A stretch of DNA of 63,645 bases, counting the filler, from Chiloscyllium plagiosum (Eukaryota), in NCBI RefSeq assembly GCF_004010195.1. It is 4 parts of one record of this genome, joined end to end, with 100 filler letters (N's around TTAATTAATTAA, not from the genome) between each part and the next. Parts side by side here need not be neighbours in the genome. Positions count along the whole stretch, not along the records: positions 1 to 28,593 come from NC_057714.1; 3 more parts are not named here. The stretch is one strand, 5' to 3'. The stretch's first letter is position 1. Every line of letters starts with the position of its first letter. Positions 11,910 through 25,106 of this stretch are shown piece by piece. The notes under the pieces are model-generated. The model searched no databases, was not told the DNA's origin, and worked only from the letters and a program-made list of their open reading frames with translations. The translations under genes and the position numbers were made by a program.

Positions 11910-13750
11910 GCAAGTCAGATTATTGGTCCGAATATTTTAAAAAAGGCAGAGAATGTTTAAATGGGGTGGAAGACTTTAGAGGATTAGAGGAAGCTGGCTA
12001 GGAATTTAAAAATTGATAGGCAGAGTTTCTGGTAGTTAACTGAGTGTCAGTCCTGTTGAGAGTGAGAGTTGGGAGATAATACTGTTGACTGAGAAAATGG
12101 TGGATGACCTGAACAAATTATTTACATCTATCTTCACTATAGAAGATGATAAAAACATTACTCCTATATCTGTAAATCAGGAACTGGATGGGAAAAAGGA
12201 ACTTTGTGAAATTACAGTCATAAGGGGAATGGACAAAGCCATGGGCTGGCCAGTTTCTAGGTTCAGATAGACCTCACAGGGAACTAAAAGCCAGGCTTAA
12301 CTTGTTGTCTACATTAGACTCAATCACTGAAGAGATTATAGCTGTGGACCTGGAAAAACTCGCATTAATTGAAAAAAGTCACCATTGTTTCATCAAAGGT
12401 AAATCATGTATAGCTAAATTATTGGAGTTCTTTGAAGGAGAAAGATGCGCCTTGGAAAAAGAAAATCTTTTGATGTACTATACTTGGATTTTCAAACAAA
12501 GTGCCACATCAAAAGTTACTGTGGAAAATAAAAACTCATAATAAAGGGGATAATGTATTTGCATTGGTAGAAGTTGGCTAGCTAACAGAAAACAGAGGTT
12601 ATAAACAAATGGCTTTTAGCTTGACTGGCAGGATGTGATATGTGGTATCCTGCAGGGCCCTGTGCTGTGCTGGGACTTCAACTTTTCACATTTTGCATCA
12701 TTAACCTCCATGAGGGGAGTATGGTAGTTAAATTCACTGACAACAGGGTTAGGAAATTATGTCGTAAAGAAGATAAATGAAAGTTGCAGACAGATGTGAT
12801 TGGGTTGAGTGAGTGGGCAAAATTCTGGCAGAGTACAGAAAATGTGAAGTTGTTCATTTTAGCAAAAGAAATGAAAAATCAGAATATTACTCAAAAGAAG
12901 AAAGACAGTGGAAATCTGTGGTGCAGAGAGAATTAGGTGTTCACATGCATGACTCAGAATATCAGTATGCAGGTACAGTAAATAATCAAGAAAGTGAATA
13001 GGTTGCTATCCCTTTTATGAGGGGAATTGAGCATAACGTTAAGGATGTTACGTTTCAGTTATACAAGGCATTGATGAGACCATGTCTCAGGTATGGTGTA
13101 TAGTTTTAGTCTCCTTACTTAAAGAAGAGTGTAAATGTATCCGAAGTAGTTCAGAAGGGTTTATTGGATTGGTACCTGGATTGAATGGATTATCTTGTGA
13201 AGATCAGATGTGATTGGGTTGAGTGAGTGGGCAAAATTCTGGCAGAGTACAGAAAATGTGAAGTTGTTCATTTTAGCAAAAGAAATGAAAAATCAGAATA
13301 TTACTCAAAAGAAGAAAGACAGTGGAAATCTGTGGTGCAGAGGGAATTAGGTGTTCACATGCATGACTCAGAATATCAGTATACAGGTACAGTAAATAAT
13401 CAAGAAAATGAATGGGTTGCTATCCCTTTTATGAGGGGAATTGAGCATAACATTAAGGATGTTATGTTTCAGTTATACAAGGCATTGATGAGACCATGTC
13501 TCAGGTATGGTGTATAGTCTTAGTCTCCTTACTTAAAGAAGAGTGTAAATGTATCCGAAGTAGTTCAGAAGGGTTTACTGGATTGGTACCTGGATTGAAT
13601 GGATTATCTTGTGAGGATAGGTTGAACAGTCTGGGCTGTCTTCACTGATATTTAAAAGAGTAGGAGGTAACTTGATTGAAATATATAAGATCATGAATAC
13701 TCTTCACAAGATGGAGATGGAAAGGATGATCTTAAGGGTCAGTCTAGAGC
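11910..13750 (+). mobile_element. CR1 LINE ORF2 (RT) remnant with internal 414-bp tandem duplication
   Basis: SHHCFIKGKSCIAKLLEFFE, KCEVVHF, DVMFQLYKALMRPCLRY motifs; ORFs 12813 and 13227 are near-identical copies. Confidence 0.9.
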
Positions 13751-14074
13751 TAGTGGGGGGAGGACGTGCAGTGGTTGGGGGGGGGGGGGGGGTATGCCAA
13801 TTCATTGATGTAGAAATATCTCCTCTTAATCTTAATTGTTGAACATCTAAAATGGTATTCTAGATTTCCCAGACTAATGAGCTTAGTGGAACCTCCTATA
13901 GAGCAACTATATCCGTCCTTTGGTGAGGACACCAAAAATGGAAATGTAATACCCCACGTGAAATATCCTCATCAATATCCTGTTGAATAATAGAGATATG
14001 TTTTTACAAAAGCTTATCTACTCCTTGTTTTCCTAATTGTTTGTGGTTCCTTCTTGCTGACCTTTTTAATTTAT

Positions 14075-16140
14075 TAATGGGATGTGAGTATTCCTGCTAG
14101 CACCAGCATTTATTGACTATTCCTAGTCACCCTTGAGGAGCTGCTTTCTGGCATCACTGCAGTCTATGTGGTTTAGGTGCACCAACATTGCCGTTAGGAA
14201 GAGTTCCAGGATTTTAGTTCAGCAATAGCGAAGGAGTGATAAGATGGTTTCAAGTCAATATTATGTGTGACTTAGAGAAGAATTTGCAAGTGATGTTGCC
14301 ATGTGTTTTGTACTTTGTCCTTCTTGGGGGTGTTGGTTAAACATTGAAAGTGTTCTATCAAAGAAACTTTGGCAAGTTTCTGCAATGCATTTTGTAGATA
14401 AAGTGTGTCACTACACTGTACAATGGTGGTAGATAGTGAGTGTTGAACATGCTGGATAAGGTACTAATCAAACAGGTTGCATTGCTCTGGATAGTGTTGA
14501 GCATCTTGAACCTCTTTGGAAATGCATTCATCCAGGCAAGTGGAGAGTATTCATTCACGCTCCTGACTTGTGTCTTGTAGATTCTGGGCAGGTATTGGGA
14601 AGACAGGAGATGAGTTACAGCTCTCCAAATTCCCAGCCTCTCACCCACTGTTGTAATCACAGGATTTATATGCCTGATGAGTGAAGTTCCTGTTCCCATG
14701 ATGCAAATGTTAGGGGATTCAGTGAAGGTTATGCCACTGAATGTCAAGAGGAGACAGTTAGATTTTCTCTTCTTCGAGACACTTAATGCCTGGCACTTCT
14801 ATGGCACAAATGTTAGCTGTTGTTTAACAGTTCAAAGTTAAATGTTATCTGGGCCTTACTGCAATTGCATATGGATGACTTCGGCATTTGAGGAATCACA
14901 AATTTCAATGAACACTATGCATACAGTAGATAATATTTTCCTTCTGACCTATTGCTGGAAAGATGAAGCATTTAAAGATGGTTGGGCATAGGACATTACC
15001 CTGGGAAGTTCCATAAGCAATGTCCTGGGACTGAGATGAAGATCAGCTTGTTTGTGCAAGATGGGCCTCCAAAAGGTTCCCACTACCTCAGTTTTGCCAT
15101 GGATCCTTGATGCTGGACTCAGTTCAATGCTGCCTTGATGTTAAGGGTACTTATGCTCACTGTATCTCCAATATTTTGATCAGTAATGGATAAAGACTGT
15201 ACTGAAGTCTGGAATGGCCCTGATGGAATCCAAAATCAGCATCAATGAGCAAGCTATTGCTGAGTAATTACAGCTTGCAAACATTATTGATGATCCATTC
15301 CATCACTGCTGACGATTGGAAGTAGACTGATTAATGATGGCTGACCAGATTGGATTTGTTCTGCTTTTGTGTAGAAGTCATAGCTGGAAATCTTCTATAT
15401 TATGGAACAGATACCAGTGTTCTTTTTGTACTGGAGCAACTTGGCTAAAAACTCAGCTATTCTGGAGTTTAAGCCAATCATGAGAGCCAATATCTTTTGC
15501 AGGATCCAGGTTGTTCAGCTGTTTCTTGATATCACAAGGAGGGAATTGAACTCTCTGAGATCTCAGGTGGAGACCAAATGGATTATTCACTAAATACTTT
15601 TGTTTGAAGATGATTACAGATGCTTCAATCTTGCTCCAACTGTACGGACAGAACTACATGCAAGGCTTTGATCTGATCATTTGTTTGTGGGATAATTTAG
15701 CCCTATCTCAACACATGGCTTCTACTATTTAGAAGTTATGTAGTCCTGTGCTAAACTTCACCAGATTAGCATCCCATTTTTAGATTCACATGGTGCTGAT
15801 CTTGGCTTGCCCTTCCATCTTCCTCACTGAACCAGCACTGGTCCCTTGATTTGATCACATGGATAGAGTGAGGAAAATCTGACATTGCAAATCTAACAAT
15901 GCCATTCTGCCTCTGCTGCTGATAACCCACAGGTTGCTTGGTTTTAAGTGGCTAGATCTGTTTTGACTCTGTTCTGACTCTTTAGTGCGATATTGCACAC
16001 AGTATAGCGAAGTATATCTTCTACATGAACTATGGCAGTGATCACTCCTAACACCCTGTCATGGACAGTTGCATATGTAACAAGTTGTGGTACAAGGAAG
16101 AGGTTGGCAAGGCCATCTCTGCTTTTTAAATCTGTCCTGA
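14075..16140 (-). mobile_element. CR1/L2-group LINE (distinct family), decayed ORF2 to 3' end
   Basis: ORF 14358..14747: IYKTQVRSVNEYSPLAWMNA..LNTIQ..ATCLI; 3' tail shared with the second SINE family. Confidence 0.8.
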
Positions 16141-16380
16141 CCTCTTGCAGTCCCGTTGTCACGCCAGCACAGGAATCACAATATTATAAAATTTTACACA
16201 GATATTCTACAAGCCACATTTTAAAAGATTGACAATCACGATGGCTTCAAAGAGATCCCAAAAATCTTTTGTAAATGAAGTCACTGCCTTATCTCTATAG
16301 AAAACAATGAGGGCATTCTCCTGGTGTAAATCACTGGGATTTAGGCCAGAAGGTAGGTGAGGCCATTGACATCATAATGA

Positions 16381-16652
16381 TTAGATTAGATTACTTACAG
16401 TGTGGAAACAGGCCCTTCGGCCCAACAAGTCCACACCGACCCACAAAGAGCAACCCACCCAGACCCATTCCCCTACATTTACCACTTCACCTAACCTGCA
16501 CATTTTTGGACTGTGGGAGGAAACCAGAGCACCCGGAGGAAAACCCACGCAGACACGGGGAAAATGCACAAACTCCACACAGTTGTCTGAGGCGGGAATT
16601 GAACCCGGGCCTCTGGCGCTGTGAGGCAGCAGAGCTAACCACTGTGCCGCCC
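16381..16652 (-). mobile_element. HE1-like V-SINE
   Basis: Reverse complement of 4723-5025 with (ATCTA)n tail. Confidence 0.9.
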
Positions 16653-16685
16653 ACTGACAAATACTGGAGCAGAAAGATCAATTAT

Positions 16686-16757
16686 TACCATAACTCGGAT
16701 TCAATCCGAGGTTGATGTAGCCACAACACAGAGTACTAACTACTAAACGATCACGGC
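16686..16757 (-). pseudogene. tRNA-His(GTG) pseudogene
   Basis: Minus strand GCCGTGATCGTTTAGTAGTTAGTACTCTGTGTTGTGGCTACATCAACCTCGGATTGAATCCGAGTTATGGTA is colinear over 72 nt with vertebrate tRNA-His; GTG anticodon kept, but D-loop GG, T-loop TTC and anticodon stem are mutated. Confidence 0.85.
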
Positions 16758-16939
16758 ACGCCACAGAATGCCACGTCTCGGGTATCAATCAAACAAATCT
16801 CCACTAAACTGCCTGTAATGTATTAACTCTCTTTCTTAGATGTGGATATCAAAATTATATAAAGTACTCCAGATAAGGCTCACCAACACTACAACTACAG
16901 CAAAACACCCCCATTTTTATATTCTATTCCCATTGCATT

Positions 16940-17145
16940 TGATTATGTTGCCGTTATACAGGATGTTGATGAGGCCACTATTGGAGTACTGTGTTCAGTT
17001 TTGGTCTCCTTGTTATTGGAAGGATATTATCAAACTGGAAAGAGTGCAGAAGAAACTTACAAGGATTTTGCCAGGACTCAGTAGTCTGAGTTAAACGGAG
17101 AGGTTGGACAAGCTAGGACCTTTTTCTTTAGAGTGCAGGAGACTG
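16940..17145 (+). mobile_element. CR1 RT C-terminal fragment
   Basis: LYRMLMRPLLEYCVQFWSPCYWKDIIKLERVQKKLTRILPGL. Confidence 0.9.
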
Positions 17146-17169
17146 TCCCATATAAGACCTCTATAAGAT

Positions 17170-17570
17170 ATTAGTGAGAGAGGGTCATGACGACATGACC
17201 CTCACTCACTGGTCTCCTTCCATACAGATAAGGAAGGACACCACTTCGACTGGGACAACACATCCATCCTTGGACAAGCCAAACAGAGACACGCACAAGC
17301 ATTCCAACTGGAATTCTATCAACAAACACAACAAGTTAGACCGCAACTACCACTCCCTGAGAAATAGAACCGGAAATTATATCACCAACTCTAAGAAACC
17401 CAAACATATAAATAGAAAGCAGGAATGACCAGCAGTGTTTCACCCGGAGTCCCACTGAAGATGTTACCTAGTAGGGTGATGAAACGTCTGGAAATGAACC
17501 TTCCAGCTCAGTGAGCAAACCTACATCCAGAACCTCAACCTGAGCTACAAATATTCTCAAAACACACACT
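17170..17570 (+). mobile_element. Penelope-like element 3' end (second family)
   Basis: HSLVSFHTDKEGHHFDWDNTSILGQAKQRHA..HSNWNSINKH, a GIY-YIG C-terminus, followed by a hammerhead motif. Confidence 0.75.
17451..17492 (+). ncRNA. Minimal type I hammerhead ribozyme motif
   Basis: CCA-CTGAAGA-T-GTTACC-TAGTAG-GGTGAT-GAAAC-GTC-TGG: core CUGANGA/GAAA, stem II with GU pairs, stem I CCA/TGG. Confidence 0.65.
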
Positions 17571-18699
17571 AATCTCTCTGTGCCACACTAGCCTCTCTGC
17601 AATCTCTCTCCATTTAAATAATATGCTGCTTTTCTATTCTTCTTGCCAAAGTGTACAATTTTTCACTTTCCAACATTACACTCGCCCATCTGCCAAATTT
17701 TTGCCCCCTCACAACGTCTTCCTGTGCAACTCAATATGTCCCCTTCACAATTTACTTTTCTGCCTATCCTTGTGTTGCCAACAAATTTTGCAATCATACA
17801 TTTAATTCAACTAAGAAATTGATAATAAATTGAATATTTGAGCCCCCAGCACTACTCCCTATGATGCTGCATTTGATTTAGAATGTTGGAACAGATATAA
17901 GAGGATGAATAGCCTACTCTTCCTATGTTCCTATGTCCATTTTGCCAATCTGAAAACGATCCATTTATACCTATTTCCTGTTTGCTAACTAATCCTCTAT
18001 TGATTCTATTATGTTACTCACACCATGGGCTCTTATTCTGTGCAGTAATCTTTATTGTGGTACTTCCGTGCATATTCCTCCACACTGCATACAGCTCACT
18101 CTACCTCCCAGCCCCTCTTATCCTGTGTTCTCCCCCACCCCACAATACACACACAGCCAGCCAACTTCCCACTCAACTCCCAATGGCGGGCATACCCTAG
18201 AATCCCGCTGTAAGCATTCCAGCGGAATGTCTGTTCGTGTTGAGTGATATTATGGAAGGGGCAGAACTCATACTTGTACACAGACTCCGTCATGCTGGTA
18301 ACGTACATTTCCTTTTCAAATCCTTTGCTTGACTAAAACCATGGCAATGAGAAGCCAACACAGACTGCTTATTGAATTACTATTATACCTTATTTGGATC
18401 ATACCTTTGTGCAAGGTTACATGGTATACAACAAATTAAAGCACTACTTATCAGGAAGGTTTTGCATTTTTAAGACATTCACTCCAGTCAAAGTATTAAT
18501 TCAACTGAGAAACATTAAGTCTATATCAAAATGGAGATTGAGTTTCTTAAAAATTGAGTCAATCACTGCCATGTTAAGAAACTAGACAGAACCACTTAGA
18601 ACAAAAACAAAGTTAGTTACAGAAAGTTGAAAAGCTGCAAACAAAAGTGGAAAGCAACAGAAAGAAGAATTAACATCGACCAGGATCACATTTCTGAAT

Positions 18700-19240
18700 A
18701 GTTTTGAAGAGGCAGAATTAAAGACACTCTATCTGAATGCAAGAAGCATTCACAAAAATATACTGATGACACTTTTAGAAATAAGAAGATATGACCTTAT
18801 TGCCATTACAGAGACATGGCTGGGAGCATAATTTTAAATGATATTTAGGATGCAAAGGCAAAAACGAAAAGATGAGATTGTGTTAATAATAATGGACAGA
18901 TCAATGTATCTATGCCAGTGGATCTCCAATCAGCAAAACAGAATGTTTTGTTTGAGTGAGCTAACATTGGTAAGATTGATTCATTGACCACCAAACAGTA
19001 GGGATGATGTTTGGCGTGATATAAGTCAGGAAATTAGAAGTACATGTCGCTTAAGGAATGTAGCAGTTATGGGTGACTTCAATCCACATGTGAACTGGGT
19101 CAATCTAATGAGCACCAAAGTTGGAGAGGAAGAAAACCTGGAATGAGATTGAAATGGTTTTCTGAAGCAATATATTAAAAACTAACTAGAGTACAGGTTT
19201 TTTCAGATCTGATAGGGTGCAATGATAAAAATCTAATACA
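18700..19240 (+). mobile_element. Old CR1 endonuclease fragment
   Basis: LYLNARSI..YDLIAITETWL..VMGDFNPHVNW motifs by manual translation. Confidence 0.75.
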
Positions 19241-19244
19241 CCTT

Positions 19245-20870
19245 TTACTCATTCAGGACTGTTGGCTTCACTGGCTGGGCCAGTATTTACTGCCTGTTCC
19301 TAATTGCTCTTCAGAAGGTGGTGGTGAGTTGCCTTCTTGAACTGCTGCAGACCATAGAATCAAAGAATCCCTACAGTATGGAAGCAGGCCATTTGGCCCA
19401 TTAAGTGCACACCAAACACCCCAACCACCCACCCCCACACCGCACCACAAACAGCATCCTACCCAACCTCCAATCCTATAACCATATAGCCTGCACATCC
19501 CTGGACACTTTGGGCAATTTAGCATGGCCAATCCACCTAATCTGTACATCTTTGGACTGTGAGGGGAAGCCAGAGCACCTGGAGGAAACCCACGCAGACA
19601 TGGGGAAAATGTGCAAACTCCACACAGTCACACAAGGGTGGAATCAAAGCCAGGCCCCTGACGCTGTGAGCCACCGTGCTGCCCTGGGGTGACCGCTGGG
19701 GTGGGTACGCCCATAATGATATTAGGGAGGGAGTTCCAGGGTTTTGATCCAGGCACTCTGAAGGAATGGTGATATATTCCTCTGTCCTGATGGTAAGTTG
19801 TTTGGAGAGAAGTATTCCTATTTATCTGCTGCTCTTTCCCTTCTAGATGCACCTGGTAATGGGTTTGGAAGGCACTGTCTAAGAAGCCTTAATGAATTAC
19901 TACAGTGCCTTTCTGTCGATGGTATATACTGCTGCCAAGGAACAAATGTTTCTGGACGTGGTGCCAATCAAGTACCCCACTTTATCCTGCATGGGGTCAA
20001 GCTGTTTGAGTGTTGCTTGAGCCGCACTCATCCAGATAAGTGGCAACTATTCCATCCTCCTCCTGACTTGTGCCTTATTGGTGATAGGTAGGCATCGGGA
20101 AATCTGGAGCTGAGTTGCTCACTGTAGGATCCCTAGCCTCTGATCTGCTCTTGCTAACATTGTATTCATATAGATAGTGTGTTCTGTGTCCTGTCAGTGG
20201 TAACCACAACCCCAGCATATCCGCAGAATTTTGATAGTGAGAGATTCAGCAAAAATGGTACCATTGCTAATCAATGAGTGACAATTTCTTACTCTCATGA
20301 TAGAGCCTTTACTTTTTCCAGGATAGAACCATCAATTACTAGGGGACATAGAATTAAGGTAAAAGGGGGAATGCTCAGAGGAGATGTGAGAGGCTAGTTT
20401 TTTACACAAAGGGTGGTAAGTACCTGGAATGTGCCGGCAGAGGAGGTGGTAAAAGCAAATGCAATAGCAATGTTTAAGTGGCATCTCGACAGATACATGA
20501 ATAGGCAGGGAATAGAGAGATATGGACCATGTAAAGGCAAAAGGTTTTTAGTTTAGAAAATTGTCAAGTGTCAGTACAAGCTTGGTGGGTTGAGTGGCCT
20601 GTTCCTGTGCTATATTGTGCTTTGTTCTTTATTTGTTCACTTATGTGGTGCAAATGTTACTTGTCACTTATCATCTGTGACTAGATACTGTCCGCACCTT
20701 GCTGCTTTTGGGCAAGGACTGCTTCAGTATCTGAGGAGTTGTGAATGGTGCTGAACATTGTGTAATCACCGGTGAACATTTCCATTTCTGACCTTATGAT
20801 GGAGGGAAAGTCATTGATGAAGCAGCTGATGATGGTTGTGTCTCGGACACTACCCTGAGGAACTCCTCGA
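19245..20870 (-). mobile_element. CR1/L2-group LINE fragment (same family as 14075-16140) with nested insertions
   Basis: GVPQGSV...FINDFPSIIRSEMEMFTGD (ORF 20681..20893); nested SINE at 19352-19686 and CR1 3' end at about 20305-20630 (+). Confidence 0.8.
19352..19686 (-). mobile_element. HE1-like V-SINE (older copy)
   Basis: GAGCACCTGGAGGAAACCCACGCAGACATGGGGAAAATGTGCAAACTCCACACAG antisense V-domain. Confidence 0.85.
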
Positions 20871-21109
20871 TGGGCCAAATGGCCTGCTTCCACACTATAG
20901 GGAGTCTATGATTCTATGGTTCTATGGTTCTATGGTTAAGCTTGAAAAAGGTGCAGTTCAATCTGAAAATAGGGTGATTATGCATTTACAAAGAGGAAGT
21001 TAGCTGTGGTGGATTGAAAAGATACATTAAAAAGTTTGATGGTAGGTTGGTAATGACTAGAATTTGAAGAATTAATGTTTGCTTTTTACAAAACTCACAT
21101 TTATTTAAG

Positions 21110-24100
21110 GCAAAATACCCAACAGGAGAAGCATGAAAGGCATGGTGAATAAAGAGGGTTAAGATTGTTCTCAATCAAAAGGCGAAGCTTCTAAATTTGT
21201 CCACACAAAGTTGCAAGCTTGAAAACTGGGAGAATTTTAGAATTCAGCAAAGGAGGACCAAAATATTAATAAAGGATGATAGCATAGAATATAAATGTGA
21301 AATAGCAAGAAACATAGAAAAAGACTGTAAAAGCTTGTTGAAGTATATAAGAAGGGAAAGATGCACAAAGACAAGAATGAGTCTTTTACAGGCATCGATG
21401 ACTGCATCGGTGCAGCATCCTTCACCCAGGCTGAACTGGAGCAGTTCATTGACTTCACCCACAACTTCCACCCCTCCCTCAAATTCACTTGGTCCATCTC
21501 GGACACTGCCCTCCATTTTCTTGACCTCTCCATCTCCATCTCCGGCGACAGTCTTCAGGTGGACATCTATTACAAACCCACAGACTCCCATAACTACCTG
21601 GACTAAACCTTCTCCCACCCAGTATCCTGCAAGATCTCCATCCCTTTCGCCCAATTCCTCCACGTCTGCTCCATCTGCTCGGACAAGGGGGCATCCCACT
21701 CCCAAGTATCCCAGATGTCCAACTATTTTGAACAATATGCTTTTCCTCCCTCCGTCGTCCAGACAGCCCTCTGCTGCACCACCTCCCAGTCCCCATTCCA
21801 CCGCTCTAAACCCTCCCCAATGCAATAAAGACAGAGCCCCCTTGTCCTCACCCACCACCCCACCAGTCTCCACATCCAACACTTCATCCTTAAACATTTC
21901 TGCCAACTCCAAATAGACCCCCACCACCAAGAACATCTTCCCCTCCCTACCCAACTCTACTTTTCACAAGGACCATTTCCTTTGACAGTCCTTGGTTCAC
22001 ACCACCCCCGCCACTGAATCCGCAGATACCTTCTCCTGCAACCAGAAAAGATGCAAAACCTGCCGATGCACCCCCCCACTCACCTCCAGCCAGGGCCCCA
22101 AACTGTCCTTCCAGGTGAGACAGAGGTTCACCTGCCTCTCCTCCAACCTAGTTTATAGCATCAGGTGTTCCCGATGTGGTCTTCTCTATATCGGAGAGAC
22201 CAAAAGTAAACTCAGGGAACGGTTCGCCAAACATCTCAGCCAGGCCCACAGGGGCTGACCAGACCTCCCAGTCACCGCCCATTTCAATTGCCCCAACTAC
22301 TCCCTTTCCGACACAATCATCCTTGGCCTCCTCCATTGCCAAAATAACCACAGCTCCTACTGGAGGAACAACACCTTATCTTCCACCTGGGAACCCAACA
22401 GCCTGGAGAACTCAACATTGAGTTCTCCAATTTCAAATAACCTCCCTCCCATCCCCTGACTCCCTTCCCATTCACTCCCCCTCCCACTGCTCCCAGCCAC
22501 CTACCGGATTAATTCCCCCCCATTGGCCAACTAGATCATAGTCTTCATCCTGTCTTCATCCATTCTCACTTCACCACCCTGCCCCCACCACCCCCTTTAA
22601 CTGCAGCTTCCCTTTCACCCACCGCCCCCCCCATCCTGAAGAAGGGTTACACCCGAAATGTCGACTTCTGCACTTCCTGATGCTGTCGACTTTGGATTCC
22701 AGTATCTACAGTTTTTTTTTGTTGTTTACATACATAGACAGGAGAATTTGTGATCAGGAATATTGAAACAGTAAAGGTGCTAAATAAGTACGTTACATCT
22801 GTCTTGACAGAGAAATACACAAGAGGTAGCCCTGAAATAATTAAGGGCAAGGGTCTCATGAAAAGAAAGAAATTATTATGAGCAGAACGATCATATTGAA
22901 GAAATGATTGGGACTGATAATTGTCAAATTTCCAAGATTTTCACCCTAAAATGTTGAAATAAATGGCTGTAGAGCTAAAGAAAGCATCAGAGACCAGTTT
23001 TCAACATGCTATTAGTTATACAATGATACATTGAGATTGAAAGGTTGCAAATGTAACTCCATTATTTAAGAAAGAAAGAAGAGGGAAAACTGGGAACTCC
23101 AGACCTGTTAACCTGTAAGAAAAACACTAGAATCTATTATAAATGATGCGACTACATGGATATTTAGAAAATAATTGCCTGATTGGACAGAGTCAATGTG
23201 GATTTATCAAGAAAAAAAATCATGTTTGAAAAGCCTCATAAAGGTATTTGAGGATACTATCAGCAGACTCAATAAGGGGGAAACTAGTGAATGCTGTGTA
23301 TTTGAATATTTAGAAGGATTTTGATAAAGTCACACAAGAGATTAATAAACAGAATTAAATGCATGAGATCAGGGTTAATATACTAGTATAGATTAAGAAT
23401 TTATTAATAGACAGAAAGTAGAAATTCCAAATAAATGAGTCATTCTCTGGTTGTTAGGCTATAACGGGGAGTACTGCAAGGATCAGTGTTTGGATCTCAA
23501 CTGTTCACAACTTGATCAATGATTTGGATGTGAGGACCAATTGTAATTTTACAGATAAAACAAAACTTGGTTTGAATGAGTGTTGTGAGGAGGGTGCAAA
23601 GGGGATTTAGGCAGGCTGAGTGAGTGGACAAAAACATGGCAGATGGAATATGATGTGGATGTGTAAGAGATTAGAAAGCATTAATGTCCAAAGGGACCTC
23701 AGTGTCATTGTTCATTTGTCACTGTAAGCTAGCATGCAGGTGTAACAAATAATTCAGAAGTCAAATAATATCCTAGCCTTTATTGCAAAAAGATTTGAGT
23801 GTAGGTGCAAGTAACTGTTACTTCAGTAGTATAAAGCATCGGTGAGGCCGTACCTGGAGAACCCGTTTCTGATGAAGGATCACGGGACTCAAAATGTCAA
23901 CTCTGTTTCTCTCTTCACAGATAGTACCAGCACTTTCAGGTTTTGTCCAGTTGTATCGTGTGCAGTCTGGTCCCTTTGCCAAAAGAAGAAGACATTTGCA
24001 ATTATGAAGGTGCAGCAGAAGTTCACCAGACTGATTCTATGGATGGTGAGACTATCCTAAGTGCAGAAATTGAGGACATTAGGCCTGTATTCTCTGGATT

Positions 24101-24470
24101 TTGCAAAAATGAGAGGCTATCTCATAGAAACTTACAAAATTCCTAAAGAGATAGACAAATTAAAAGCAGAAAGGATATTTCCCCTGACTGTGGAGTTCAG
24201 AACCAGTGTACACAGTCACTGGGTAGCCATCTAGGACTGGGATAATGAGGAGCCCCTTCACTCAGAATGGTGAATATATGGAATTGTCTAACCTACAAGA
24301 CTGTAAAAGTGCAGTCATTAAGTTCAAGCCAGGGATTGATAATTACTAATGACATAAGAGTTAAGAAGATTTTGCTGGAATACGGTGTTGCAATAGATAA
24401 TTGACCACGGTCTGGAATGGCAAAGCAGGCTGATGGGCTGAATGGTCTACTTCTGCCTCTATGTTCCAAG
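21110..24470 (+). mobile_element. Old CR1 LINE ORF2 to 3' end, split by a Penelope-like insertion
   Basis: WENFRIQQRRTKILIK..ARNIEKDCKSLLKYIR, resuming at about 22725 with RT motifs (KVANVTPLFKK, GVLQGSVFG) to the CR1 tail at about 24460; small Penelope-end insert at about 23860-23945. Confidence 0.85.
21391..22724 (+). mobile_element. Penelope-like retroelement, 5'-truncated (RT C-terminus + GIY-YIG + 3' end)
   Basis: IDDCIGA..FHPSLKFTW..FLDL..YYKPTDSHNYLD; CNQKRCKTC; NLVYSIRCSRCGLLYIGETK..LRERFAKH; pyrimidine-rich UTR; hammerhead-like motif 22636-22662; stops and frameshifts present. Confidence 0.93.
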
Positions 24471-25106
24471 GTTATTGATCATGAGCATCTTTAAGGAAAT
24501 GCATACAATTTTTCCACAACACATGTCTGGCAAATCTATCCACTGGCATTGATCAACCTGTTGACTGGCAATGCTACCGTGACACTGTTTGTAACAGACA
24601 CTGAAGTCACCAATGCTGAGTACACTCTGTGCCCTTGCCACCCTGAGTGCATCCTCCAAATGATGTTTAACATGGAACAGCATTGATTCTTCAGCAGGAG
24701 GTAGTCTTGCCCAAAACTTTTGCCTACTGCCCATTTGTCCATAACTTTCCATTTCCTTTTCTCCTCTTTTAACAGGATTGTGTTTGCCATCTTCCAACTC
24801 TTTGGATCTATTCTAGAATCCAAGGTATTTTAAAAAATCAAAACTAATGCACTCATTTTCTCGGAAGCCACTTATTTACAAACCTACAGATCATTCTGGG
24901 CCAGAAATTGATTCACTTGTTCATATTCATTTCTCCAGTACAATTTCTGCACTTACATTGATTTCTTTAAGTTCTTTGTTCTCTCTGGACCCTTGCTTCC
25001 CAACTACTCCAGCAATTGTATTGGTCTGCTTTGATTACTACAGGTACAAAAAGTTGAATGTAACCAATGTTTTGAAGGTGAGATTGATGGAATGGATACA
25101 AGGAAG

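Noticed and set aside
21197..21954. Long ORFs of 239 and 236 aa
   Set aside because: Off-frame and antisense readings of the Penelope-like element and flanking CR1
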